Shown: positions 1 to 10,195, counted from the first letter of the stretch. The stretch is DNA of 35,305 nucleotides from an uncultured Nitrososphaeraceae archaeon (GCA_963837175.1 CAWIMJ010000051.1:1-35305), one strand, 5' to 3'. Numbers and translations are program-made. Notes: generated by a model not told the origin, from the sequence alone.

Positions 1-606
1 TATGTTATTATAACATGCACCACTAATCGATTTCCTAATTGAAAATGAATATCTAGTTCCCATACTAATATCTATGTTTCTGAGTCGTTCATATATAGAA
101 CATTCTATAATATCCAGTATATATAAAGCATTTCACATGTTGAAATGTATGTGAATGAAACAACTGAAATCAAGATAACTTAATCCCTTTATCATTGTGG
201 ATAAATGTCGTCAAGTTTATTATATCAAAACAGTGAAGTAACTCATGTTCTATATTTATCTGCTTCCTTCTGCTTTTTGTATAAGTGTAAATACCTTGAC
301 TACGGTGCCGCAGCATTGTCGTCTTCGTCTCGTCACTTTCTAGATCTCCAAATTGGAAGTATATATGGATATATCTTGTCATATAGTATCTCTATAGTAT
401 GTAACTGACAAATAGCTTGCTAAATTGCAAAAGTCACAGCGCATACAGTTGACAGATAAAAGAAATTGTCAATTTGAAAGGGCAGAAGAATTGAAGAAAT
501 AAGCACTATTGACGTTGATGAGCTCAGAGAAAAATAAGGTGAAAGAACCTTTATGAAAACAATTTTTTATCTTTTTATTCTTTTTTTATTTTCTTTATTT
601 TATATT

Positions 607-1280
607 CTATTCTATGTTTATCTGCTTTCCCTTTGGTTTTGTTTGCTCTTTTTTCTTAAATGTTATTTCTAATATTCCATTCCTGTAACTTGATTTGGCT
701 GTTTCAATATCTGCTTCTGGAGGTAAATCTATAACTTCATGATATTTTCTCTGTGGATCATCGCTCTTTATTTCTACTGAGTTATCATAAGCACTTATCT
801 TAATCTTGTCTTTGCTGACACCTGGCATTTCTAATACAACTTTAACTTCTGTATTTGAAGTTGTTATATCTGCTAAAGGCTCTCTTTCAGAAGAAATTAA
901 AGGCCTTGTAAAAGAGCCTCCTCTTCTCCACCACGTAATAATGATGATGGTAATTTGACATTACCAAATTCTCTTACTTTTGGTTTGCCATCAGGTCCTA
1001 TAGTCATAGAATAGCCATATACTATTGGACCTACTTCACGTACTTTACCTCCTTCAGGAGTTTCATATTCTCTTACTAAATTCCTTTGGTACTGTAGACT
1101 GAAAGTTCTTTAACTGGTCTTCAAATTGTCTTTCCATTTCTCTTCTCATTTCTTCAAATCCTCTGAACATATCACCAAAACCAAATTGTCCTCTTAATTA
1201 CTCTACCGCTACTCACCACCACCTCCAAGGAACCTCCTAAACCAATCAAATGGTTCTATATCGTCGCGTCCGGAACTCAA
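607..1280 (-). CDS. hsp20: Archaeal small heat-shock protein (Hsp20/alpha-crystallin), split by about 3 frameshifts
   Basis: Track ORF 607-828 is the C-terminal part (MPGVSKDKIKI...SSYRNGILEITFKK...KQINIE). Manual translation upstream gives TTG-SSGRDDIEPFDWFRRF, FGDMFRGFEEMRREMERQF and VREYETPEGGKVREVGPIVYGYSMTIGPDGKPKVREFGNVK, typical of archaeal Hsp20. Confidence 0.92.
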
Positions 1281-1299
1281 TTATAATAATAGCACCACC

Positions 1300-1305
1300 T
1301 ATAAA
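1300..1305 (-). promoter_or_regulatory. Putative TATA box (TTTATA) of hsp20
   Basis: TTTATA lies 20-25 nt upstream of the TTG start, which fits a leaderless archaeal transcript. It sits inside a short inverted repeat, ACCTA-taaag-TAGGT (1297-1311). Confidence 0.5.
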
Positions 1306-2285
1306 GTAGGTTGCATATTAAATAAATCTATTCTTATAAATTCCTATTGTTTTTACATTTTTTCTTTTAGAAGGTCGTTCAGATAGCTTTTCTAAAGCCA
1401 TACAGAGAGAATATATTTCCATAACTTTGACATCCGCTATGGAAAAGTAGTCAAATCCAGACATGATTGCCAGTGGATTCTTGACTTTTGATCACAACAG
1501 TCATTCCCTTTAAGGTTTCGATTAATATTTTGTCCTTGCATTAAACTATATTTCTATAGCTTGAAAAGTAATGTTTCTTCCTCTTATTTATAAGAGTAGA
1601 ACACTTTCAAAGTATGTATATATATCTACAATAAATACAATATATTTTTCATGGCCTATCACTTTGAAAAACACTTATTGATTTGGGCATTTTGTTCCTA
1701 AAAAATATATTCTTATATTTACAGTTCTTTTTTTTGATTTATTAGTTGACAATTTTTTTCTTTATTTATTTATTTATTTAAGAAGTGGTCAAAGGCTAGT
1801 GTGTGTTGTAGTACATAAGTCACATATTGAGTTAAAAAAAATTATTCGCTCACAAATTTCAAGCGCTGAAACATTAAACTTGATTCTAAAAAGAGAACTC
1901 TAGCTAAAAATGATAATATTATAGCTTATTGTTTATTAATCATTAGTCCATAGTTGGCATAGGTTACTCTAGAACCCTAGAGATTTTCGTTACCTATGGA
2001 AAATGAGACTATGTAATAATAATCTCTCGAGTAGTATGAGCTCCATACTACATCAATATATATTCGAAGATTAAATATAAAAATTCTGTGTATATAAACT
2101 ATATAAGACCAATAGTTATCGACGATCAGTTACTTTGCAAGAAAAATTGTTTCGGATCAATCAACAGCGATAGGAGATGGAATGTCGAATTGACTGAATC
2201 TGTGCCTCCAGATCCCCATTTTGTAAAAGATGCAACATTTCTCATATTTATTTAAAAGACCAAATAAGTGTTACATATTCCTATC

Positions 2286-2729
2286 ATGATTACTACTATT
2301 GGCAATATAATGAGAAAAAATGTAGAAACCATTGAAGAATTGGTTTCTATTCAAGAGGCAGCCAAGAAAATAAAAGACAAGAATGTAAGTTCGTTGATAG
2401 TAGTTGATGGAGATGCCAAACCACAGGGTATAATTACTGAACGCGATTTGGTTAGAAAGATGTGCATAAATAATGTGCCGATTAGCACAGTGACAAATAA
2501 GGAGATAATGGCTTCTCTTTTTACTATTGATACCAAATCATCTCCATCAGAAGCAACTGATATAATGCTACAACAAAATGTAACACATTTACTTGTTATT
2601 GATAAAAAAAATGATGCAAACAAACCTGCAGGTATAGTTAACCCTCTAGAATTTACAAGATACGAGAAAGATACGTACAATGATGACGACACGGATCCCA
2701 TTGAAAAGATATTAGAATATCACGTCTAA
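2286..2729 (+). CDS. CBS-domain pair protein
   Basis: IGNIMRKNV..SIQEAAKKIKDKNVSSLIVVD..GIITERDLVRK plus a second, weaker CBS repeat. ATG 2286 preferred over GTG 2268. Confidence 0.9.
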   Translation: MITTIGNIMRKNVETIEELVSIQEAAKKIKDKNVSSLIVVDGDAKPQGIITERDLVRKMCINNVPISTVTNKEIMASLFTIDTKSSPSEATDIMLQQNVTHLLVIDKKNDANKPAGIVNPLEFTRYEKDTYNDDDTDPIEKILEYHV

Positions 2730-2734
2730 ATACA

Positions 2735-2758
2735 AAGATAGATTTGACTCTATTTTGC
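2735..2758 (+). repeat. Dispersed intergenic repeat, partial 3' copy (E)
   Basis: GATAGATTTGACTCTATTTTGC matches GATGGAATTGACTCTATTTTGC at 32888-32909 in 20 of 22 positions. Confidence 0.55.
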
Positions 2759-2973
2759 AACTCAACTCGAATAAACCCTATTTCTGTCTACTTTTTAAAT
2801 TAGTCTATTAGTTTCTAAATGCATGGGTAGTTGGAAATGAGCCTTGTATAGCTATTGACTTTACAGGTGCAAAAGAGTACGCAAAGAGTCAGTAGTAGCA
2901 GCAGCAATTAATCTCTATATTTCCCGGACTCACAAATTTGAGTCAAATTTATAACTCAGAATAGATGAGATTA

Positions 2974-3008
2974 GTATTATTATTATTACTATTACTATTA
3001 CTATTATT
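2974..3008. repeat. TAT/TAC microsatellite
   Basis: tattattattattactattactattactattatt. Confidence 0.7.
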
Positions 3009-3016
3009 TCAAGCCT

Positions 3017-3066
3017 ACCATATTGTTAGCGGGTTAAGTGGAATGTGAGATATAGAATTGACTCAA
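3017..3066 (+). repeat. Dispersed intergenic repeat, diverged copy (D)
   Basis: ACCATATTGTTAGCGGGTTAAGTGGAATGTGAGATATAGAATTGACTCAA aligns with the copies at 28621, 31462 and 32869. Confidence 0.6.
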
Positions 3067-3154
3067 ACTTGGAGCTCAGAAGTTGAGTACAGGCTCAATG
3101 TACATAGAGATTAATAACTACTCTAAATGCATCAAAAAAATGAAGAGATGGGAG

Positions 3155-3352
3155 TTAAGATTTCTTAATATGTGATCTTATTTTTTCTCTAAAGTCAGGA
3201 GTCATTAAATCTTCTGGTTTGTATCCATGATCTTTCATTGCATGTTGCTCAGCATTTTTCATAATTTCCTCTTCTGTTTCACCCTTGCAAACATAGTCAC
3301 AGTCCATACCTACTTCTCTACATGAGACAGTTAACAATGCTTCTTTATCCAT
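3155..3352 (-). CDS. DUF1059-family small metal-binding protein
   Basis: SCREVGMDCDYVCKGETEEEIMKNAEQHAMKDHG fits the C-x5-C...H-x4-H pattern of DUF1059. A T7 tract follows on the coding strand (3134-3140). Confidence 0.9.
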   Translation of the reverse strand: MDKEALLTVSCREVGMDCDYVCKGETEEEIMKNAEQHAMKDHGYKPEDLMTPDFREKIRSHIKKS

Positions 3353-3547
3353 TGTTTCTTTATCACAACTAGATATTATAAATTAATATGAGTAAATCTA
3401 CTATAACACACTAACTAGGTAGTTATGCAAAATTCTGTAAATTCAGTGGATTAGTTCGCCGACTATAGAAGGGTTCAGTTATTTTATTGTTGTTTAATTT
3501 TTCTTATCTCTCTTCTATTTGTATATATTACCGAAGTAAAACAAATA

Positions 3548-4978
3548 GTGAAAGACAACAAAATGAAGACGTCCTCTTCCCCTTCTATTGAATATCCCCC
3601 AGGACCTCACTCAATTTTGCCTAACAAGTTATTACGTAAATTTATACATAATCCTATCAAAACCTTGATGGATATTGCAAATACTTATGGCGATATTGCT
3701 CATTTTAAGTTTGGAAGACAACATGTCTATCTAATTAATAATCCAGACTATATAGAGGACATATTAATCAGAAAATATAAGAATTTTATAAAAAGTAGAG
3801 GTCTACAAGTTTCTAAACGCCTATTAGGAGAAGGTCTAGTTACTAGTGAAGGAGAATACCATGATCGCCAAAGAAGAATAATACAACCTGCATTTCATCC
3901 TAATCTCATAAAGGGATATGGAGACATAATGACAACTTACGCTGTAAATATGTGTCAGCGATGGGAGGATGGAAGTATGTTGGATATACATAAGGAGTTG
4001 ATACATGTAACATCCGCAATCATTAGTAAGGCTGTATTAGGTTCAGATATTAAATCAGAAGAAGGTGACCAAGTTGGGGATGCACTCTTGACTTGCGCCG
4101 AATATTTTAATCGTCTCCTAATGCCATTTGGTGAGCTGATTGAAAAAATACCAGTATTGCCTATCAACAAAGGCTTTCAAGCTGCAAAAAAGAAATTAGA
4201 TTCTATAGTGTATAGTATGATCAAAGAACATAGAGATAGCGAAAGCAAAGGTGTGTCCCAGGGAGACTTGCTATATACTCTACTACAAGCCCAAGATACA
4301 GAAGCCGCAATTGAACGAATGACTGATTCACAATTAAGAGATGAAGTAATGACAATTTTTCTCGCTGGTCATGAAACAACAGCCAATGCACTTACTTGGA
4401 CTTTTTATCTATTATCACAAAATCCAATGGTAGAGACTAAGTTGTATGAGGAACTATGTTCAGTCCTTGGTAATGTCAAGGAAAGTAGAAGTAATACAAG
4501 TAATAGAAGAATAAGAAGAATTCCAATCATTGAAGACGTACCAAAATTAGAATACACCGAAAAAGTCTTTAGAGAATCAATGCGGCTTTATCCACCAGCA
4601 TGGACTATAGGTCGCCAAGTTATAAATGATTTCAAGGTTGACAAGTATGTTATACCTACTGGCTCAATCATTTTAATGAGTCAATATGTAATGCATCGTA
4701 ATCCGCGTTACTTTTCTGACCCTGATCTTTTTTATCCAGATCGCTGGACCAAAGAAGCAAAGTCTCATCTTCCTAGATTCAGTTATTTTCCGTTTGGTGG
4801 AGGTATCAGGGGTTGTGTAGGGGAGCCATTTGCATGGATGGAAGGAGTACTGCTAATAGCTACTATCTGCCAACAATGGAAGATGCATCATGACGCAAAT
4901 CATAAAGTTGAATTAAAACCACTTATTACGTTGCGCCCTAAATACGGGATGCGTATGAAGCTAGAACGGAGGAAATAA
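3548..4978 (+). CDS. Cytochrome P450
   Basis: I-helix AGHETT, K-helix ESMR, PDRW meander and heme-thiolate motif FPFGGGIRGCVG. Intact 476-aa frame; alternative start ATG 3563. Confidence 0.97.
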   Translation: MKDNKMKTSSSPSIEYPPGPHSILPNKLLRKFIHNPIKTLMDIANTYGDIAHFKFGRQHVYLINNPDYIEDILIRKYKNFIKSRGLQVSKRLLGEGLVTSEGEYHDRQRRIIQPAFHPNLIKGYGDIMTTYAVNMCQRWEDGSMLDIHKELIHVTSAIISKAVLGSDIKSEEGDQVGDALLTCAEYFNRLLMPFGELIEKIPVLPINKGFQAAKKKLDSIVYSMIKEHRDSESKGVSQGDLLYTLLQAQDTEAAIERMTDSQLRDEVMTIFLAGHETTANALTWTFYLLSQNPMVETKLYEELCSVLGNVKESRSNTSNRRIRRIPIIEDVPKLEYTEKVFRESMRLYPPAWTIGRQVINDFKVDKYVIPTGSIILMSQYVMHRNPRYFSDPDLFYPDRWTKEAKSHLPRFSYFPFGGGIRGCVGEPFAWMEGVLLIATICQQWKMHHDANHKVELKPLITLRPKYGMRMKLERRK

Positions 4979-5096
4979 CTAACTAACTTCAAAAAGTACT
5001 ATAGGTCACCTATCAGTAACAACTGCGAAATCTAATATACGCATGGTTCAGTACAACAAGCATTTCCTTGGTATGTAAGTATTGTTGTTATTGATT

Positions 5097-5256
5097 ATAT
5101 TATTGATGACGTACGATGGGCTAGAAGATCATTGTATTTTTCAGGGCTTCTTCTTAGGTCTTCAATTACTGATGCATGAGTGAATTGTAAGAGTACTTTA
5201 CCATTTGTTAGAATAGTAATAACTTCTTCAATAGTCATTTTGATTTTATCATATTC
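5097..5256 (-). pseudogene. Remnant of an uncharacterised protein
   Basis: Manual translation EYDKIKMTIEEVITILTNGKVLLQFTHASVIEDLRRSPEKYNDLL is protein-like. It resembles, from memory, C-termini of Nitrososphaeraceae coiled-coil hypothetical proteins. Appears to be a fragment only. Confidence 0.3.
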
Positions 5257-5700
5257 TTAGTCATCACTCTTAAATCGTGTTATATGTATCTCTAACCTTG
5301 ATATCTAATTGTTGATATTTTACTTATATGATTAGCCAAGTTACCTCTGTTATTTTCCGTTACTCCTCTATAGTATAAACTGAAATTAGACGTTAATACA
5401 AGGCTATGTACATTTACAAATAGTACGAAATCTGTTTTCATTATGTTTTCTATTGACTGATTAAAGTATATTAATGGCATATAATAATATTAGCCATTTT
5501 GTATTGTCAGATTTATACATAGAAGATTCCTTCGATATTAATAACATCAATAGATTCTCATCCATCCGGTTCCACGGCTTACATTTATCACTTGATGCAT
5601 TGTCATAGAAGAAAACTGATATGAATAATCTATTTAAATTTCAAGATAATGTAAACTATGGGATGAATATTTTTTGGAAGTAAAAAAAAGACAAGAAACT

Positions 5701-6377
5701 ATGGACAGCGGAGGAGATGATACGTTTGTTACGAAAAACAATCAAAACCTACTTCTCCCACTGACAGTTGGAATTCTAATCTTTGATCAAGTGGAGATCT
5801 TAGATGTTGCAGGACCTTTTGAGGTATTTTCTGTAACCCGTTTAAATGAAGAATGCCGACAAGAATCATCATCACCCTTCAGAATACTCTTGGTTTCAGA
5901 AAAGATAGGTCCAGTCTTTGCCGTTGGAGGCCTACGCTTTACTCCAGATGTAACTATCGATAATTGTCCAGAACTTGATTTACTGATAATTCCTGGTGGT
6001 AGGGTACACGCACTGAGGTAAAAAATGTTAATATATTGAAGTGGATTACGAATCGTGCCTCTAAGGCTATACTGACTGCCTCAGTCTGCACAGGCTCAAG
6101 TCTTCTTGGGAAAGCAGGATTGTTGGATGGACGTGAAGCAACCACTCATTGGCGTGCTTTTGACTTTCTCAGCCAATCCGCACCTAATGCCCACATACGT
6201 AAAGACGCCAGATTTACCCTAGCAGATCCTATCTTTACTTCTGCAGGCATTTCCGCTGGAATTGACATGGCCCTTCGCATTGTCAGCCACTTTTTCGGAA
6301 CCAAGATAGGACAGGCCACGGCACGTCAAATGGAATATCCTTATCCCCAAAGCGACCGACGTAAGGGCGTTACTTAA
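5701..6377 (+). CDS. DJ-1/PfpI family protein (InhA/ThiJ-like), 1-nt frameshift near 6003
   Basis: VEILDVAGPFEVF, DLLIIPGG and SVCTGS..LGKAGLLDGREATTHW..TSAGISAGIDMAL. Adding one G to AGGGTACA gives PGGRGTRTEVKN and joins the two track ORFs. Confidence 0.92.
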
Positions 6378-6783
6378 AGATAGAAGATATTGATTGTTTA
6401 TCTATGTCAGACATAGCCAAAAACATAAAAAATATAGGGCAAGATGCCGAAGCAAAAACAAAGACTTCGAAAGGTAATGCAGAAGACGAGATATTTTTGC
6501 TTGAATTATTCTCAAAAAGTTAGAATACTTACTGAAGTTTAAAGCGGCATAACTCCATATCAGATAAAATTGTAGTTGTTATACTTTGCGGTACTTTCAG
6601 ATTTCAATATTATATTTTTTATAACCTTGAATGCAATCATATTATTTGTAGTTCTTGCAATTGCACTGCTTACAAGGAATAAGATTTCCTCTTTTGGTAC
6701 TATAATAGTGTTGACTTAGTAGATGATTACATCCTTTGTTAGAACATATTGCTCCACGTCCCACCTTTTTCATCCCATATTTT

Positions 6784-7140
6784 TCAAGCCGCTATGACAG
6801 ATGATGATGATGAAGACGGCGATAATGATTGTGGACCGGTTTGTGGAAATGATGATAACAAACTTACAAGTTCAACTGCAATAATATGTTTGCATTTCAG
6901 CAGCCTAAAATTAAAATCAGGACACGTACAGGTCTTAATATCTGGATTAACTTCATAGGATTTGCTTTTATCTTTAGTACTTAGTATGCCAAATAACTGC
7001 TGTTGTCTGTCCCTTTCAAATATTATTTGTTCTTGTTTATTTAGCTCAACTATATTATACGCTCTTTCAATTCGTTTTAAAATATTTAATAGATCTTCAT
7101 TAGAAGGTTTTAGATTATACTTAAACCAGTTCAATTTCAT
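6784..7140 (-). CDS. SWIM zinc-finger protein
   Basis: SYEV..CTCPDFNFRLLKCKHIIAV matches the SWIM CxC-xn-CxH motif. ATG 7140 (MKLNWF) is the likely start. Ser-rich tail. Confidence 0.85.
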   Translation of the reverse strand: MKLNWFKYNLKPSNEDLLNILKRIERAYNIVELNKQEQIIFERDRQQQLFGILSTKDKSKSYEVNPDIKTCTCPDFNFRLLKCKHIIAVELVSLLSSFPQTGPQSLSPSSSSSSVIAA

Positions 7141-7299
7141 AGTGAAAAAATATTTACAATTGTGATATATAGAAGTACCAGAACCTTGGGGACTAGGAGG
7201 GAGAGAGTAGAAGCAGAACAGTGGGATGACATTTATACTAGGTACAAATTCGGCCAAGCAATATTATTCCAAAATAAATTAAAAAAGATCCATCTGGCT

Positions 7300-7644
7300 G
7301 CAAAGCAGAAATTATCTATATCTTGTATCCTTGCATGAGCCCAACCTTTGTAATTTGAGTAATTAGTTGTCCACTTGGTTGTGAAAGTATCAATTTGAAT
7401 TCATTTGTATAAGTGTCATAATATTTTATTGCCTTTTTATAATATCCTAAACTAGGAAGAGCCTTAACCTCCTCACTAACTCTACGCTTCACTATATAGG
7501 ATATTTATCCTAACAGAGTTATCAAAACAGTCTATTTGCTTCATCGTATTTTTGCAAACTTAAAAGACCTTAGCCTTTAATACATATTGATCTGCTATTA
7601 GTATTCTATCTAAGAATGGTATTGTTGTTGTTATTGCGTTCCAT
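7300..7644 (-). pseudogene. Decayed TPR-repeat gene
   Basis: Fragments IKG*GLLSLQKYDEA.DCFDN, KALPSLGYYKKAIKYYD and YKGWAHARIQDID fit the TPR consensus. Several stops and frameshifts. Confidence 0.55.
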
Positions 7645-7977
7645 TATAAATAATAATTGTAGATAAAACAGATATTATAATTAATATCTAAATCTAATTA
7701 CTTTGTACATACTAACTGGGATATCGAAAACGTACAGATTTATATTTTTTTAATTATGAATATATAGATCGAATTTATTGCATTTTCTTATGATTACTTA
7801 AAAACTGCATTCGAAAAATGTTTGAATATCCTTTTCACATTAATGAAGCAACACGGCGCATATATATTATCCTGTGGTAAAAGATTCAGTGACTTTGACT
7901 CGCATCGATCCTCAAGAGAATTAGTGTTCTGGAGCATCCTATAAAATTCTCTATTTATTTCTCTCAAAAATAATATA

Positions 7978-8064
7978 TTAATTTGCAGGTGGATTTTCTT
8001 CTACTAATTCTTCTTCAGTTTCCGATTCCTGCAATTCTTCTTCTTCCTTTGGTTGACTACTCAT
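7978..8064 (-). CDS. 28-aa acidic micropeptide (putative)
   Basis: MSSQPKEEEELQESETEEELVEENPPAN*, with TTTATA 27-32 nt upstream (8091-8096). Confidence 0.4.
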   Translation of the reverse strand: MSSQPKEEEELQESETEEELVEENPPAN

Positions 8065-8710
8065 TATCCATTATGAGACAGTTATACAAGTATAAATGGG
8101 TTACATAATGATTCAATTATCCCCAATAGGTATAATCTTAAGGGGAAAGCCTTAACTTTCTTAATAGAATCTACATCCGACGGTATTCAAGACAATTTGA
8201 AAATATTAGATAGATATATGGATAGATATATAGATTATCTGATTATCTACATGCATATGATTTGTAAATTTAGACTGTTATCATGATTTATTAAGTAATG
8301 TTATCAGTGAAGGCTGTCCTGTTTGTTTAAAATGTGTGGTTGCATGCAGTCCTACGGATGAGTCACAATATCCAATATTCCTAGAAACAAACACAAATGC
8401 AAGGCTATCCAATCTGTACCTTCTTTTTTTACATTATTCCAATGTAGATGTTCTACCGGATACATTCATCCATCTCCAATATTCCTTACATGCTCATGGT
8501 TTTGGCTGTCTCTCTCAATTATTTTAAAATTTTTGATGAAAGGACGTTAAAATCTTTATCCAAGCTTCTATTTTTATGCCATCTGTGATTACTCTACAAT
8601 TAGGCTTTCCTGTATTCTTCGATCTCCAATGATACTAGATTTATTCCTCCATTCTCAATCCTTATTTCTCATAAGGTTTTAATTAGGATGTTTTATTGCA
8701 AGTAGTAGAT

Positions 8711-8872
8711 ATGCAAGGAGTTCAAAAATTAAAATGTACCTCCTGCGGTACAATGTTCATGTCTGAAACTGGAACTACAATGTGTCCATCATGTTCAGAA
8801 CAAAATCATGAGCATCGTGAGCAGGAAAGTAGTAATATGACAGGCGGTTGCGGCTGTGGTCACAGCCACTAA
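8711..8872 (+). CDS. 53-aa zinc-ribbon microprotein with Cys/His tail (not in ORF track)
   Basis: MQGVQKLKCTSCGTMFMSETGTTMCPSCSEQNHEHREQESSNMTGGCGCGHSH*. TATA-like TTTTAATT at 8677-8684 and a T6 tract directly after the stop. Confidence 0.85.
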   Translation: MQGVQKLKCTSCGTMFMSETGTTMCPSCSEQNHEHREQESSNMTGGCGCGHSH

Positions 8873-9183
8873 TTTTTTGCTGGTTCATGAATCTTGTTCC
8901 AAGTTTTCAATTATTTTTAAGACCCATTCCAATGTATTAACTCTTATTATATCATTACCATCTGCAATTCAAGATAATAGATGATCCGTTATTTTACCTT
9001 GTGAATATGATTTTTCATAAGATTAGTCTTTAGATCTAGAATCTCCTTTTATAATATCGATTTTAATAGTTTTAGTTTATTCAATCTTAGCTTTACTTAA
9101 TTCATCTCTTAAATATTCCTTAACAGTCTCTTGGATATTAATAATACATATCTATATGCATGTATTTCCCTTCCTTCAATTCC

Positions 9184-9453
9184 TTACCAATATGCACTTT
9201 CAAGCTGAATATCAGCAGCACCATCATCCCTCTTTAAGGAGGTGTATTCAGCAATTTTTTCTAAACCTTTAAAGATTCCTTCAATTGCAAAAAGTGAAGG
9301 AGCTTTGGTTGTGGGAAGCTCACCACAACAGCTTTCTTCAAATTTCTTGATATTATATTCTATATAGTCAATGCCCGACATTTTTAAGAGATCAACGGCC
9401 TTCACAGAATCATCCGACCCATCTACAAAGAGAATTGGTTTCCGCTTACCCAC
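9184..9453 (-). CDS. Glutaredoxin-fold-like small protein lacking CxxC
   Basis: ILFVDGSDDSVKAVDLLKMSGIDYIEYNI..KAPSLF..GIFKG follows the Grx pattern, with SDDS at the CxxC position and a vicinal CC in ESCCGE. Confidence 0.7.
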   Translation of the reverse strand: MGKRKPILFVDGSDDSVKAVDLLKMSGIDYIEYNIKKFEESCCGELPTTKAPSLFAIEGIFKGLEKIAEYTSLKRDDGAADIQLESAYW

Positions 9454-9822
9454 AAGAATTTATAGCAAGATAGAAAGATAAATGTCTAACACTTCTCTTT
9501 AAGCCCTATTATTACAGAGGAAATATAATGTTAATTGTGAAATTTTGGTAAGATGCCTCTGACGTAGATCAAGATAGTGCTGGTATATATTTTCTCTCTA
9601 ATTGTCCTACCAGCAGGGACAAATTCGGGAGTCAATGACTGAAATTATAATAATAAGATTGATAATTTTGTTACTTTTTCTAGGCATAAATTTAGATTGC
9701 AGCTTGGATAGTTTTGATAACAACAATATAATGAGCAAATGTATTTTATTGTTATGACTATCTGTAGAATTCAATATCTATACGTTTTATCCTAAAGAGA
9801 AAGCAGCTGCCAACAACAATAC

Positions 9823-10188
9823 ATGAATAACAAGACTGAAATCGCAATACCTGCCAAGGATATTTCTAGTGGATACAGAAAACATTCAAGGGCGTCAAAT
9901 CTGTTTTATCTACCTATGTAATCCTCTAATATTAAATACATAGTAATAGCAGGCGTACATCTGATACCAAACTCCAAAATACCTGCTCTGTAAGATAATA
10001 TCAGACTTGAAGATGCTCATTTACTTTTCAAAAAGAATGGAATTCCAGACTTGTGTCATTTTAGTCTCATTTCTGAATTGGGATTCGATATAACTGATAA
10101 AAAGAGGTGGAATGATTATAGTAATGCAATCATTGTTAAAAGAAAAGAAAAGAAAAGAAAAGAGAGAAGACAGAACGAATTTTTATAA
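9823..10188 (+). pseudogene. Possible decayed gene (122-codon frame with two internal TAA)
   Basis: MNNKTEIAIP...ASNLFYLPM*SSNIKYIVIAGVHLIPNSKIPAL*DNIRL... Faint resemblance to class I methyltransferase cores; ends in an AGAAA microsatellite. Confidence 0.25.
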
Positions 10189-10195
10189 ACAAAAG

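Noticed and set aside
170-408. Overlapping ORFs 170-382 (-) and 205-408 (+)
   Set aside because: No recognisable domain apart from the short hsp20-like relic; likely spurious.
1335-1540. Minus-strand peptide MSGFDYFSIADVKVMEIYSLCMALEKLSE
   Set aside because: Protein-like but unassignable; too little support to call.
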